Sequence record: SRR22947727_5003
Length of the DNA: 64,000 nt
Direction: 5' to 3' (one strand)
Shown one piece after another: positions 14,919 through 24,048 of the stretch. The number at the start of each line of letters is the position of its first letter. Position 1 is the stretch's first letter. Made by a program: the position numbers and the translations under genes. Below the pieces are notes generated by a model. That model made no database searches, was not told the origin of the DNA, and was given only the letters and a program-made list of their open reading frames with translations.

Positions 14919-15188
14919 ATGACTCAGACCCACACCGTCACGAGCTTGCAGGACTCCCCTGATGCAGAGCGCCGTGCCCGAATGGTGAGGTACACCGTTG
15001 CGATGGGCATCAGACTCGCCTGCATCGCTGCGTGTTTCTTTGTCCAGGGCTGGTGGCTCCTGCTCCCGGCGTTCGGAGCGGTCTTCCTGCCTTACTTCGC
15101 TGTTGTGAGCGCAAATTCGGTTGCTAAGAGACCTCGAGCGGGTGAACCACTCCGACCGGGATCTCTTGTTCCGCTCCAGCGGTCGTGA
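14919..15188 (+). CDS. DUF3099-like small membrane protein
   Basis: R..RY..AMGIR..C and LPYFAVV.AN motif with two hydrophobic segments; SD AAGGA before ATG 14919. Confidence 0.75.
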   Translation: MTQTHTVTSLQDSPDAERRARMVRYTVAMGIRLACIAACFFVQGWWLLLPAFGAVFLPYFAVVSANSVAKRPRAGEPLRPGSLVPLQRS

Positions 15189-15406
15189 TCATTCCGGGGG
15201 CAGAGACGCCCACTCTGCGCTGCTCACGAACGGGCTGCACTGCGGAACCTGAATGGAACATCCTCTGGCGAAACCCTCGGATCCATGGCCCTGAGCGCGA
15301 GAAGGTCTGGCTCGCCTGTTCAGAGCACCGCGACTATTTCGAGGCCTACCTATCCCAGAAGGGGTTTCCCGTTTCTTCGGTTCCACGCGACTCGGAGGAC
15401 GTTTAG
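15185..15406 (+). CDS. Small conserved actinobacterial Cys/His protein, function unknown
   Basis: CSRTGC...WRNPRIH...KVWLACSEH; GTGA overlap with the upstream gene and abuts the downstream gene. Confidence 0.75.
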   Translation: MIIPGAETPTLRCSRTGCTAEPEWNILWRNPRIHGPEREKVWLACSEHRDYFEAYLSQKGFPVSSVPRDSEDV

Positions 15407-16204
15407 ATGCTTCGCCTTTTACTGACTCGTCGGTGGCTGGGTTATCTGGCCCTCACCGTCGCGTTCGCTGTTGTTGCTTCACTGTTTGGCATGTGGCAAT
15501 GGGATCGCCGAGGTCAAGCGGTGGCCGCCATCGAGAAGGTGGACAACAACTATGACAGAGAGCCGGTTCCTGTCGCCCAAGTGGTAGGGAGCGAATCGAT
15601 TGATGCGCATACGCTCGAATGGATTCCCGTGATTCTTTCGGGCCGTTACCTCCCTGAAGAGGAAGTGTTGGTCAGAACACGGCCACGGTCAGGGTCAGTC
15701 GGTTTTGAAGTCCTGGTCCCCTTCGCGACTGAAGAGTTCAGCGTGATGGTGAATCGCGGATGGGTGTCGACCGGGGAAACTCAAGATTTTCCCGATCAAG
15801 TTCCACCGCCTCCCTCTGGCGCAATCGAGCTGGTGGCCCGTATCAAACCGACAGAACCTCTTCTCCGCGGTCGCGGTGCACCAGAGGGCCAGATTGCGAG
15901 CATCCACTTGGACTCTCTCCAAGAGCTGACTTCCGTGAATATCCGTGAAGACTTCTTCCTCGCGCTAGGAGAAGAAAACCCTCAACCCACCAGTTCACCT
16001 CTGCCGACACTTCGTCCCGAACTCGACGAAGGCCCCCACCTGAGCTACACCTTCCAGTGGTACCTGTTTGCTGTCATGGCATTTGGTGGCCTCTGGTACA
16101 TGCTGAGGCAGGAGGTCCGGGTTCATCGCGGAGAAGATGTTTCGAGAAAATCCTCCAGGGACGACGAGGAAGAGGATGCGCTTCTCGATGGAGTCGCTCG
16201 CTAG
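15407..16204 (+). CDS. SURF1-family cytochrome oxidase biogenesis protein
   Basis: N-terminal TM then G.WQ..R, VNRGWV, C-terminal HLSY.FQW..F followed by a TM. Confidence 0.88.
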   Translation: MLRLLLTRRWLGYLALTVAFAVVASLFGMWQWDRRGQAVAAIEKVDNNYDREPVPVAQVVGSESIDAHTLEWIPVILSGRYLPEEEVLVRTRPRSGSVGFEVLVPFATEEFSVMVNRGWVSTGETQDFPDQVPPPPSGAIELVARIKPTEPLLRGRGAPEGQIASIHLDSLQELTSVNIREDFFLALGEENPQPTSSPLPTLRPELDEGPHLSYTFQWYLFAVMAFGGLWYMLRQEVRVHRGEDVSRKSSRDDEEEDALLDGVAR

Positions 16205-17799
16205 GCGAGTTCGATCAACTCCTGGTATTCCTCGCTCCAATGATCCTCAACGCCGTCGGGCATGATCAACACTCTCTCGGGGTTGAGCGCTAATACAGCT
16301 CCATCGTCGTGGCTTACCAAGACAACCGCACCGGAGAAATGGGCCAATGCATCAAGAATCTCTTCGCGGCTGGCCGGGTCGAGGTTGTTGGTGGGCTCAT
16401 CAAGAAGCAAAACATTAGCTTTGGAGACGACGAGGGTGGCAAGCGACAATCGAGTCTTCTCACCCCCGGAGAGCACGCCCGCGGGCTTGTGAACATCGTC
16501 TCCGGTGAACAGGAAGGATCCGAGGACATTTCGGGCTTCTGTCTCCCCCAGAGAGGGTGAGGACGCCAACATGTTCTCGAGCACGGTCCTCGTGATGTCG
16601 AGTGTTTCGTGCTCCTGGGCGTAATAGCCCACGCGCAAGCCGTGTCCACCCTCTACTGCTCCCGTGTCGGGCTTATCAACTCCAGCAAGAATCCTCAGCA
16701 ACGTCGTTTTCCCAGCACCGTTCAAGCCCACGATGACTACTTTTGACCCGCGATCAATGGCGAGGTCCACGGCGGTGAACACCTCCAGCGAGCCATAGCT
16801 CTTGGAAAGGTTCGACGCGAACAACGGTGTTTTTCCACACGGCGCTGGATCCGGAAAACGAAGCTTGGCGACCTTATCGGTCGCCCTGACACCCTCAAGG
16901 CCTTGCAGCATTTTTTCTGCGCGGGCTTTCATCTGTTGGGCTGAAGACGCCTTGCTGGCTTTAGCCCCGAATCTTGCGGCTTGGAGTTGGAGGGCCGTCG
17001 CTTTCTTCTCGGTAATGGAGCGCTCCCGCACCCGCCTCTCCTGGTCTGCTTCGCGCTGGCGAAGATAGTGCTTCCACGACATGTTGTAGATATCAATCGT
17101 TGCGCGCGTGGCATCAAGGTAGAAAACTCGGTTGACAGTTTCTTCCACGAGGGCAACGTCGTGGGAAATCACAATGACTCCACCTGGGTAAGAGCCAAGG
17201 AATGAACGAAGCCAGGTCACCGAGTCGGCATCCAGGTGGTTGGTGGGCTCGTCGAGAACCATGAGAGGGGCATTTTGGAACAGAATCCGGGCCAGCTCGA
17301 TACGTCGGCGCTGTCCCCCGGATAGCGTCCCTAGCGATTGCTCAAGGATTCCTGGCGGCAAGTTCAAGTGTGAAGCGATTGCGGCGGCCTCCGCCTCAGC
17401 CTGATAGCCACCCAAGGACAGGAATCTGTCATTGAGACGGCTGTACCGAGACATCGCCTGGTCAGCGACAGCAGAATCCGGATCCCCCATCAGTGAAGCA
17501 GCGGTATCCATCTCGGCCATGAGTGATCCCAGTCCCCGGGCGTTCAAGATTCGCGTCCGTGCTGTTTCACTGGGATCCCCGGCACGTGGATCCTGCGGGA
17601 GATATCCCATTTCCCCCTGCAAATGAATGGAACCCTCCGTTGCAGGCATGTCTCCGGCAATCACCTTGGTCAGGGTGGTCTTCCCTGCGCCGTTTCGACC
17701 GACGAGTCCCACTTTGTCGCCTTTATCGACACGGAATGACACTTCATCCATCAGGACGCGCGCGCCAATACGTATTTGAAGGTTCTTGACCTCAAGCAC
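16201..17799 (-). CDS. ABC-F family ATPase (ribosome-associated)
   Basis: Two ABC domains (GRNGAGKTT/LSGGQ/DEPTNHLD and GLNGAGKTT/LSGGE/DEPTNNLD), no TM segments. Confidence 0.92.
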   Translation of the reverse strand: MLEVKNLQIRIGARVLMDEVSFRVDKGDKVGLVGRNGAGKTTLTKVIAGDMPATEGSIHLQGEMGYLPQDPRAGDPSETARTRILNARGLGSLMAEMDTAASLMGDPDSAVADQAMSRYSRLNDRFLSLGGYQAEAEAAAIASHLNLPPGILEQSLGTLSGGQRRRIELARILFQNAPLMVLDEPTNHLDADSVTWLRSFLGSYPGGVIVISHDVALVEETVNRVFYLDATRATIDIYNMSWKHYLRQREADQERRVRERSITEKKATALQLQAARFGAKASKASSAQQMKARAEKMLQGLEGVRATDKVAKLRFPDPAPCGKTPLFASNLSKSYGSLEVFTAVDLAIDRGSKVVIVGLNGAGKTTLLRILAGVDKPDTGAVEGGHGLRVGYYAQEHETLDITRTVLENMLASSPSLGETEARNVLGSFLFTGDDVHKPAGVLSGGEKTRLSLATLVVSKANVLLLDEPTNNLDPASREEILDALAHFSGAVVLVSHDDGAVLALNPERVLIMPDGVEDHWSEEYQELIELA

Positions 17800-17835
17800 G
17801 GGAAACCTCCGTAGGGAGTATCGCCCAGTGCGATG

Positions 17836-18168
17836 CTAAATAGAGAATCCGAGGGCCCTCATCATGTCACGACCGTCTTCTGTGATTCGTTCTTGACCCC
17901 AAGGGGGCATCCAGACCCAATTGATGCGAAAACGCTCGACAACCCCGTCAAGAGCATTGGCCATCTCTTCCTCAATGACATCGGTGAGCGGGCACCCCGC
18001 GGAGGTGAGTGTCATGCTGATGATGAGCGCGTCCTCTTCGTCGTCCCAGGACAGGTCATAGATCAGACCAAGGTCGACAATGTTGACTCCCAATTCGGGG
18101 TCTATAACGTTCTTCAGCCCCTCCTGGACGACATCAAACTTTTCGTCACTCAGTGCAACAGTCGACAT
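17836..18168 (-). CDS. sufT: DUF59/SufT metal-sulfur cluster assembly factor
   Basis: VIDPELGVNIVDLGL and MTLTSAGCP motifs; last gene of the suf operon. Confidence 0.88.
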   Translation of the reverse strand: MSTVALSDEKFDVVQEGLKNVIDPELGVNIVDLGLIYDLSWDDEEDALIISMTLTSAGCPLTDVIEEEMANALDGVVERFRINWVWMPPWGQERITEDGRDMMRALGFSI

Positions 18169-18186
18169 GTCTTCCCCTCCCCTGGG

Positions 18187-18945
18187 CTAGGCGGTCTTCT
18201 GGGTGTAGCGATCGTAGCCTTCGGCTTCGAGGCGCTCGGCAAGTTCAGACCCACCGCTCTCCGCAATTTTGCCCGCAACGACCACGTGAACGAAATCAGG
18301 GCTGATGTAGTTCAAGATTCGGGTGTAGTGGGTAATCAGGAGCACCCCAAGACCCGTCGCCTCCTTGGCTCTGTTGACACCCTCCGCGACGATTTTCAGC
18401 GCGTCAACGTCGAGACCGGAGTCAGTTTCATCCAGAACGGCGAATTTGGGCTTCAGCAGCTCTAGCTGCATGATTTCGTGGCGCTTCTTTTCACCACCGG
18501 AGAACCCCTCGTTCACGTTGCGCTCCGCGAACCCGGGCTCCATCTTGAGAGAATCCATGGCACCGCGCAAATCTTTGACCCATTCGCGCAGGGCAGGCGC
18601 TTTGCCATCGAGGGCAGTCTTTGCCGAACGCAGGAAGTTTGTCACGCTCACACCGGGCACCTCAACGGGGTACTGCATTGCGAGGAAGAGCCCGGCTTTT
18701 GCGCGCTCATCCACACTCATCTCGAGAACATTCTCGCCATCGAGGTCGATGGAGCCTTCGGTGACCTCATAACGGGGGTGACCCGCGATGGTGTAGGCGA
18801 GTGTGGACTTACCGGAACCATTAGGCCCCATGATGGCGTGGGTATGACCCTGCTCCAGAACGAGGTCAACGCCCTTGAGGATTTCGACGGGACCCGCTTC
18901 GGTCTCGATAGAAACATGGAGATTAGAGATTGTGAGAGTACTCAT
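18187..18945 (-). CDS. sufC: Fe-S cluster assembly ATPase
   Basis: MGPNGSGKST, QYPVEVPGV, FSGGEKKR, DETDSGLD. Confidence 0.95.
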   Translation of the reverse strand: MSTLTISNLHVSIETEAGPVEILKGVDLVLEQGHTHAIMGPNGSGKSTLAYTIAGHPRYEVTEGSIDLDGENVLEMSVDERAKAGLFLAMQYPVEVPGVSVTNFLRSAKTALDGKAPALREWVKDLRGAMDSLKMEPGFAERNVNEGFSGGEKKRHEIMQLELLKPKFAVLDETDSGLDVDALKIVAEGVNRAKEATGLGVLLITHYTRILNYISPDFVHVVVAGKIAESGGSELAERLEAEGYDRYTQKTA

Positions 18946-18953
18946 GGCTGTCC

Positions 18954-19289
18954 TTACGCGTCTTCGTTTGTGGTCAGGGGGGTGGGGTCAACGTAAACCT
19001 CACCATCAGTGATGGTTACCGGGTACACCGGAACCGGTTCAAATGCTGGAAAGTTCTGGGGTTTCCCAGTTGCGAGAGCAAACTTTGAGCCGTGAGCCCA
19101 ACACTCCAGGGTGTCGTCCTCCACGAAGCCTTCAGAGAGAGATATCTCGCCGTGACTGCAGGTGTCTCCAATGGCGTGGATATCTCCGGCCGAATCCTTT
19201 ACCAAAGCAATAGGCACTCCATCAATCGTTACTTTGACGGCGCTGGAGACGCTCAGGTCATCTACACCGCACACCTTAACTGCAGCCAT
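18954..19289 (-). CDS. Rieske-type ferredoxin of the suf operon
   Basis: CSH...CWAHG Rieske ligands. Confidence 0.9.
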   Translation of the reverse strand: MAAVKVCGVDDLSVSSAVKVTIDGVPIALVKDSAGDIHAIGDTCSHGEISLSEGFVEDDTLECWAHGSKFALATGKPQNFPAFEPVPVYPVTITDGEVYVDPTPLTTNEDA

Positions 19290-20468
19290 CTATCCCTCCA
19301 CCGTGTGTGACAGCTTCTGTTGGAACTTATCCGTGAGTTGGGCGACAAGCGCTGGGTCGTTGATCTTCGAGACGACGTCTACGAGGAAGCCCATCACCAC
19401 TAGTCGCCGTGCATCGAGTTCCTCAATTCCACGGGACTGGAGGTAAAACAACTGCTCGTCATCAAATCGTCCGGTAGCGCTCGCATGACCAGCTCCTGCA
19501 ATGTCGCCGGTCTTGATTTCGAGGTTGGGGATGGAGTCTGCTCTCGTTCCATCGCTGAGAACAAGGTTGCGATTCTGTTCATAGGAGTCTGTGCCCACTG
19601 CTTCGGCACCGATCAGAACATCTCCCACCCACACGGTTCGAGCACCTTTGCCATGCAGGGCGCCCTTGTAGGTCACTCGCGACAGCGTCTGCGGCCCCTG
19701 GTGGTGGACGTACACTCGATGCTCAAGGTGCTGGGTCGAGTCAGCGAAGTACGCACCCCAAAGGTGTCCCGCTGCTCCAGACCCCACAAGTTGGGTGGAG
19801 GGATTCACAATGACCACGTCGCCACCCACGCTGACCACGATGTGCGTAAAGCTGGCATCCTTGGCCACCGTTGCGAAGTGTGCGCTGTACTGAATCGCCC
19901 CCGGTGCCCAGTCTTGAACACAGACAACCTGGATTGAAGAGCCGTCCTGGATATCGAACTCGACGTTTTCGGCCAGCATGGCATCGCCGGCGGACTCCAT
20001 GATGAGGGTCGCGTGAGAGTTGGGGTGAACTCGGACAATCGTATGAGCTGCCCGAGGAGCAGAGCCCAGTGTGGAGCGTCCAAGGCGGAGCGGATCAGTG
20101 TGCTCACCAGAGATCTCAACGACAAGCACCTCGCGGGTGCTTGACCACGCGTTCGCCGCTGCGCGATCCTCAGGAAGCCCAGCCACCCCTCGAGGGGCTA
20201 GCTCCGGCTCGACCCAGGAAGCAGAGAAGCCCTCGGCGCTGGTGGTGGAGATCTCATAGCGCCCTCCCTCCAGCTCGCCCTCGAGTAACGGGGCCAGTTT
20301 TGCGACAGGGCTGAGCTTCCACTCAGGTTCTCGTCCGGTTACGTTCTCATAATCCTCGACGTTTCCAGACGCAAATCGCTCCGATCTGGTCTGAACGGGA
20401 ACGTCATTGCCCACACGTGTGTCGTGCGGTACAAGCGTTGCTTGTCCGCTGGTGTTCTGTGTGCTCAT
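19290..20468 (-). CDS. sufD: Fe-S cluster assembly protein SufD
   Basis: [23 protein letters not shown]; follows sufB. Confidence 0.92.
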   Translation of the reverse strand: MSTQNTSGQATLVPHDTRVGNDVPVQTRSERFASGNVEDYENVTGREPEWKLSPVAKLAPLLEGELEGGRYEISTTSAEGFSASWVEPELAPRGVAGLPEDRAAANAWSSTREVLVVEISGEHTDPLRLGRSTLGSAPRAAHTIVRVHPNSHATLIMESAGDAMLAENVEFDIQDGSSIQVVCVQDWAPGAIQYSAHFATVAKDASFTHIVVSVGGDVVIVNPSTQLVGSGAAGHLWGAYFADSTQHLEHRVYVHHQGPQTLSRVTYKGALHGKGARTVWVGDVLIGAEAVGTDSYEQNRNLVLSDGTRADSIPNLEIKTGDIAGAGHASATGRFDDEQLFYLQSRGIEELDARRLVVMGFLVDVVSKINDPALVAQLTDKFQQKLSHTVEG

Positions 20469-21887
20469 TTAGCCGACTGAGCCTTCCATATTCATTTCGA
20501 TGAGCTTGTTCAACTCGAGTGCGTATTCCATGGGCAGTTCTCGCGCAATCGGTTCGATGAATCCGCGCACAATCATGGCCATTGCTTCATCTTCTGCCAG
20601 TCCCCTGCTCTGCAGGTAGAAAAGCTGCTCTTCGCTGACCTTCGAGACTGTTGCTTCGTGACCGAGCTGAACATCATCTACACGAATGTCAATTGCCGGG
20701 TAGGTGTCACTGCGGGAAATGGTGTCGACGAGCAGCGCATCACAGCGAACAGTGTTGGCGGAGTGGTGAGCATTTTCATCCACCCGAACCTCACCGCGGT
20801 ATCCGGCCCGACCGCCACCTCTCGCAATCGACTTCGACACAATCGACGACGTGGTGTGAGGCGCCATGTGAATCATCTTGGCTCCGGCATCCTGGTGCTG
20901 GCCAGGACCAGCGAACGCCACCGAAAGAGTTTCTCCCTTCGCGCGCTCCCCGACCAGGAAGACCGAGGGGTACTTCATGGTGACCTTGGAGCCGAGGTTT
21001 CCGTCGATCCACTCCATGGTTGCACCCTCATGAGCGATAGCCCTCTTGGTGACCAGGTTGTAGACGTTGTTGGACCAGTTTTGGATTGTCGTGTAGCGAA
21101 CGCGAGCGTTCTTCTTCACGATGATTTCTACGACCGCCGAGTGGAGCGAGTCTGAGGAATAGATGGGTGCCGTGCAGCCCTCGATGTAGTGGACGTAGCT
21201 TCCCTCGTCGGCGATGATCAGTGTTCTTTCGAACTGACCCATGTTTTCCGTATTGATACGGAAATAAGCCTGCAGAGGGATTTCGACGTGCACTCCGGGG
21301 GGTACGTACACAAACGACCCGCCCGACCATACTGCGGTGTTCAGTGCGGCAAACTTGTTGTCGCCAGAGGGAATCACTGTTCCGAAGTACTCAGTGAAGA
21401 ACTCGGGGTGCTCCCTGAGCGCGGTGTCGGTGTCCAGGAACAACACACCCTGCTCCTCCAGGTCTTCTCGAATCTGGTGGTACACAACCTCTGACTCATA
21501 CTGAGCGGCAACACCGGCGACGAGTCGAGAGCGCTCTGCCTCGGGAATTCCCAAGCGTTCGTAGGTGTTCTTGATCTCCTCAGGGAGCTCCTCCCAGGTA
21601 GTTGCCTGGCGCTCCGTGGAACGAACGAAGTACTTGATGTTGTCAAAATCGATACCAGAGAGGTCAGCACCAAAGTTCGGCATCGGCTTCTTGCCAAAAA
21701 GTTGAAGACCTTTGAGGCGGGTCTTCAACATCCATTCCGGCTCATCTTTCAGAGCGGAAATTTCACGAACAACGTCTTCGGAAAGGCCACGTTTAGCGAG
21801 CGCACCAGCAGAGTCGGCATCGTGCCAACCAAATTCATAGTTCCCCAAGCTCTCAAGCTCTGGGCGGTCGAGAAGTACATCCGACAT
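20469..21887 (-). CDS. sufB: Fe-S cluster assembly protein SufB
   Basis: [30 protein letters not shown]. Confidence 0.96.
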   Translation of the reverse strand: MSDVLLDRPELESLGNYEFGWHDADSAGALAKRGLSEDVVREISALKDEPEWMLKTRLKGLQLFGKKPMPNFGADLSGIDFDNIKYFVRSTERQATTWEELPEEIKNTYERLGIPEAERSRLVAGVAAQYESEVVYHQIREDLEEQGVLFLDTDTALREHPEFFTEYFGTVIPSGDNKFAALNTAVWSGGSFVYVPPGVHVEIPLQAYFRINTENMGQFERTLIIADEGSYVHYIEGCTAPIYSSDSLHSAVVEIIVKKNARVRYTTIQNWSNNVYNLVTKRAIAHEGATMEWIDGNLGSKVTMKYPSVFLVGERAKGETLSVAFAGPGQHQDAGAKMIHMAPHTTSSIVSKSIARGGGRAGYRGEVRVDENAHHSANTVRCDALLVDTISRSDTYPAIDIRVDDVQLGHEATVSKVSEEQLFYLQSRGLAEDEAMAMIVRGFIEPIARELPMEYALELNKLIEMNMEGSVG

Positions 21888-22068
21888 TCGTGCTTCCTCC
21901 TCATTGTGCGATGGGCGGGGTCTTGTTTTCCAAGGAGCTCATCAGGCTGAGCCACGTAGACTTAGTGCTACATCGTTACAGTGCCGTAACCCCACCAGAT
22001 AAGCATCAGCGCTTGTGTGTGGATGTCCAGTGTATCTGTTTGAATCTCTCTCGTGAAGGGGTGAGCCC

Positions 22069-23022
22069 GTGAAAACCCTGTGGAATTGGCTTCCCAGCGT
22101 CACGGACCGTCGTGTGCGAATTGCCGCCTGGGCCTCTCTCATCAGCCAGATTCTCATCATCGGGACGGGTGGCGCCGTGAGGCTCACCGGTTCAGGCTTG
22201 GGATGTCCCACCTGGCCCCGCTGCACGGAAGACTCCTTTGTCACCACCGCCGAAATGGGATTTCACGGAATTATTGAGTTCGGTAATCGGTTGCTGACCT
22301 TTGTCCTTATCATCATCGCCATTGTGATGTTTGCTTTTGTTCTTCGTATGCGCAAAGAACGCCCTGAGCTGTTCCGCTTGTCATTAGGTCTCGGCCTAGG
22401 GATTCCTGGCCAGGCCGTCATCGGCGGGGTCACCGTATTGACCGACCTCAATCCCTTTGTGGTGGGTTTGCACTACCTTCTCTCGGCTGTTCTTGTGGGT
22501 TTTGCCGCCATTCTTCTGTACCGCGTCCGCAGAGGACCGCGCGAAAGCGGATGGGGTGTGCCCGCTCCAGTGCGCGCGCTCGGCGGAGCTCTCATTGCAG
22601 TTCTGGGAATCTCTGTCGTCATGGGAATCCTGACGACTGGATCGGGTCCTCACGCTGGGGATGCGGGTGCGGCGAGGAACGGCTTGGATTCTTGGTTGCT
22701 GCAACATTTTCACGCGTGGCCCTCCTACGTCGTCCTGGGACTGGTCGTGACACTCACTGCGCTTGCATGGTTTGCAGGTGTGGGCTCTCAAGGATTCCGC
22801 AGGTCAATCACCGGTTCGCTGGTCGTCACCCTCATTCAAATAGCTGTCGGCCTTTACCAGGCCAATTACGGCCTTCCTGTTCTGGCCGTGGGAGTGCACA
22901 TGGTCCTAGCTGCGGTACTTGTCGCGTTCGTTGTCACCGCTCTCCTTACACAGCGGGAGCCGGCTACAGCGGAAGGAGTGGGTCAATCCCGACTGCGAGG
23001 AACAGTAGCGTCAAGTAGCTAA
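22069..23022 (+). CDS. ctaA: COX15/CtaA heme A synthase family protein
   Basis: [24 protein letters not shown], multiple TMs with conserved His residues. Confidence 0.87.
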   Translation: MKTLWNWLPSVTDRRVRIAAWASLISQILIIGTGGAVRLTGSGLGCPTWPRCTEDSFVTTAEMGFHGIIEFGNRLLTFVLIIIAIVMFAFVLRMRKERPELFRLSLGLGLGIPGQAVIGGVTVLTDLNPFVVGLHYLLSAVLVGFAAILLYRVRRGPRESGWGVPAPVRALGGALIAVLGISVVMGILTTGSGPHAGDAGAARNGLDSWLLQHFHAWPSYVVLGLVVTLTALAWFAGVGSQGFRRSITGSLVVTLIQIAVGLYQANYGLPVLAVGVHMVLAAVLVAFVVTALLTQREPATAEGVGQSRLRGTVASSS

Positions 23023-23878
23023 TGCTCGAGTGAAACACCTTCATGGGGGCAAGTTCGCTACCTCGGAGGGAACGCTGATACAAGCGGTGAGACTCGAAGA
23101 CGAACCATCCTCCTGCTCCCAGCGCGACGACTGAGTAGAGCAGTCCCATCGGAGCTACGGGAATCAGTAGTAGCGATGCCGCGACGGTAGCCCAGGCATA
23201 CAAGATCACCTGCAGTCCCACGACAGGTGCCTCACGGACCACAGCGAGCATCGGGACGTCAACCCGCGCGTAGTCCTCTCGATACTTCATCGAGAGAGGC
23301 CAGTAGTGGGGCGGAGTCCACAAGAACACCACGAGGAACAGAATCCACGCTTCTAAGCTCAGTGAACCGGTGACCGCCGCCCAGCCAATGAGTACGGGAA
23401 AACATCCGGCGATTCCACCCCAGATGATGTTCTGCTCACTGCGCCTCTTGAGCCATAGCGTGTAAACGAAGACGTAGAAAAGAATTGCGCCCAGCGAGAG
23501 CGCAGCGGCAAGAGGGGTGGTGAAAACCCAGAGCCACGCGACAGATAGGACTCCCAGGACACTGGCAAAAACGAGAGCGGATCGTCCAGAAATATCCCCC
23601 GTCACCAGAGGTCTTGCGCTGGTGCGACCCATGTGAACATCGATGTCGCGATCAATGAACATGTTGTAGGCATTGGCGCTGCCCGCACTGAGGGCACCTC
23701 CGACAACAGTGGCGACCACTAGCCAGAGGCTCGGTATGCCACGTTCCGCCAGCACCATAACGGGGATGGTGGTCACCAAGAGCAGTTCGATGACCCGGGG
23801 CTTCGTGAGCGCAACGTAGGCGCGAACCACGGTCCCAAGACTCCGTGGACGCACGGGAGCATCGAGAGAAGAAGTCAT
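22964..23878 (-). CDS. ctaB: Protoheme IX farnesyltransferase (heme O synthase)
   Basis: [30 protein letters not shown]. Confidence 0.93.
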   Translation of the reverse strand: MTSSLDAPVRPRSLGTVVRAYVALTKPRVIELLLVTTIPVMVLAERGIPSLWLVVATVVGGALSAGSANAYNMFIDRDIDVHMGRTSARPLVTGDISGRSALVFASVLGVLSVAWLWVFTTPLAAALSLGAILFYVFVYTLWLKRRSEQNIIWGGIAGCFPVLIGWAAVTGSLSLEAWILFLVVFLWTPPHYWPLSMKYREDYARVDVPMLAVVREAPVVGLQVILYAWATVAASLLLIPVAPMGLLYSVVALGAGGWFVFESHRLYQRSLRGSELAPMKVFHSSISYLTLLFLAVGIDPLLPL

Positions 23879-24048
23879 GACGGGAAGAGTCCTTAGGGTA
23901 ACGCGACACCACCAGTCTAGGGAGAAAAGCCTCTAAAGAGCTGAGTGCGTCACGGCCAAGGCGGAGAATTGCCCCTGGATATACTGGGCTGTGAAGGGCC
24001 TCAATCGGTGCCCCAGATAGCTGAATGTCCAAAGGATGGCCCTCCCAC

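Noticed and set aside
20469..21887. Possible intein in SufB, as in some mycobacteria
   Set aside because: The length of 472 aa and continuous motifs leave no room for an insertion
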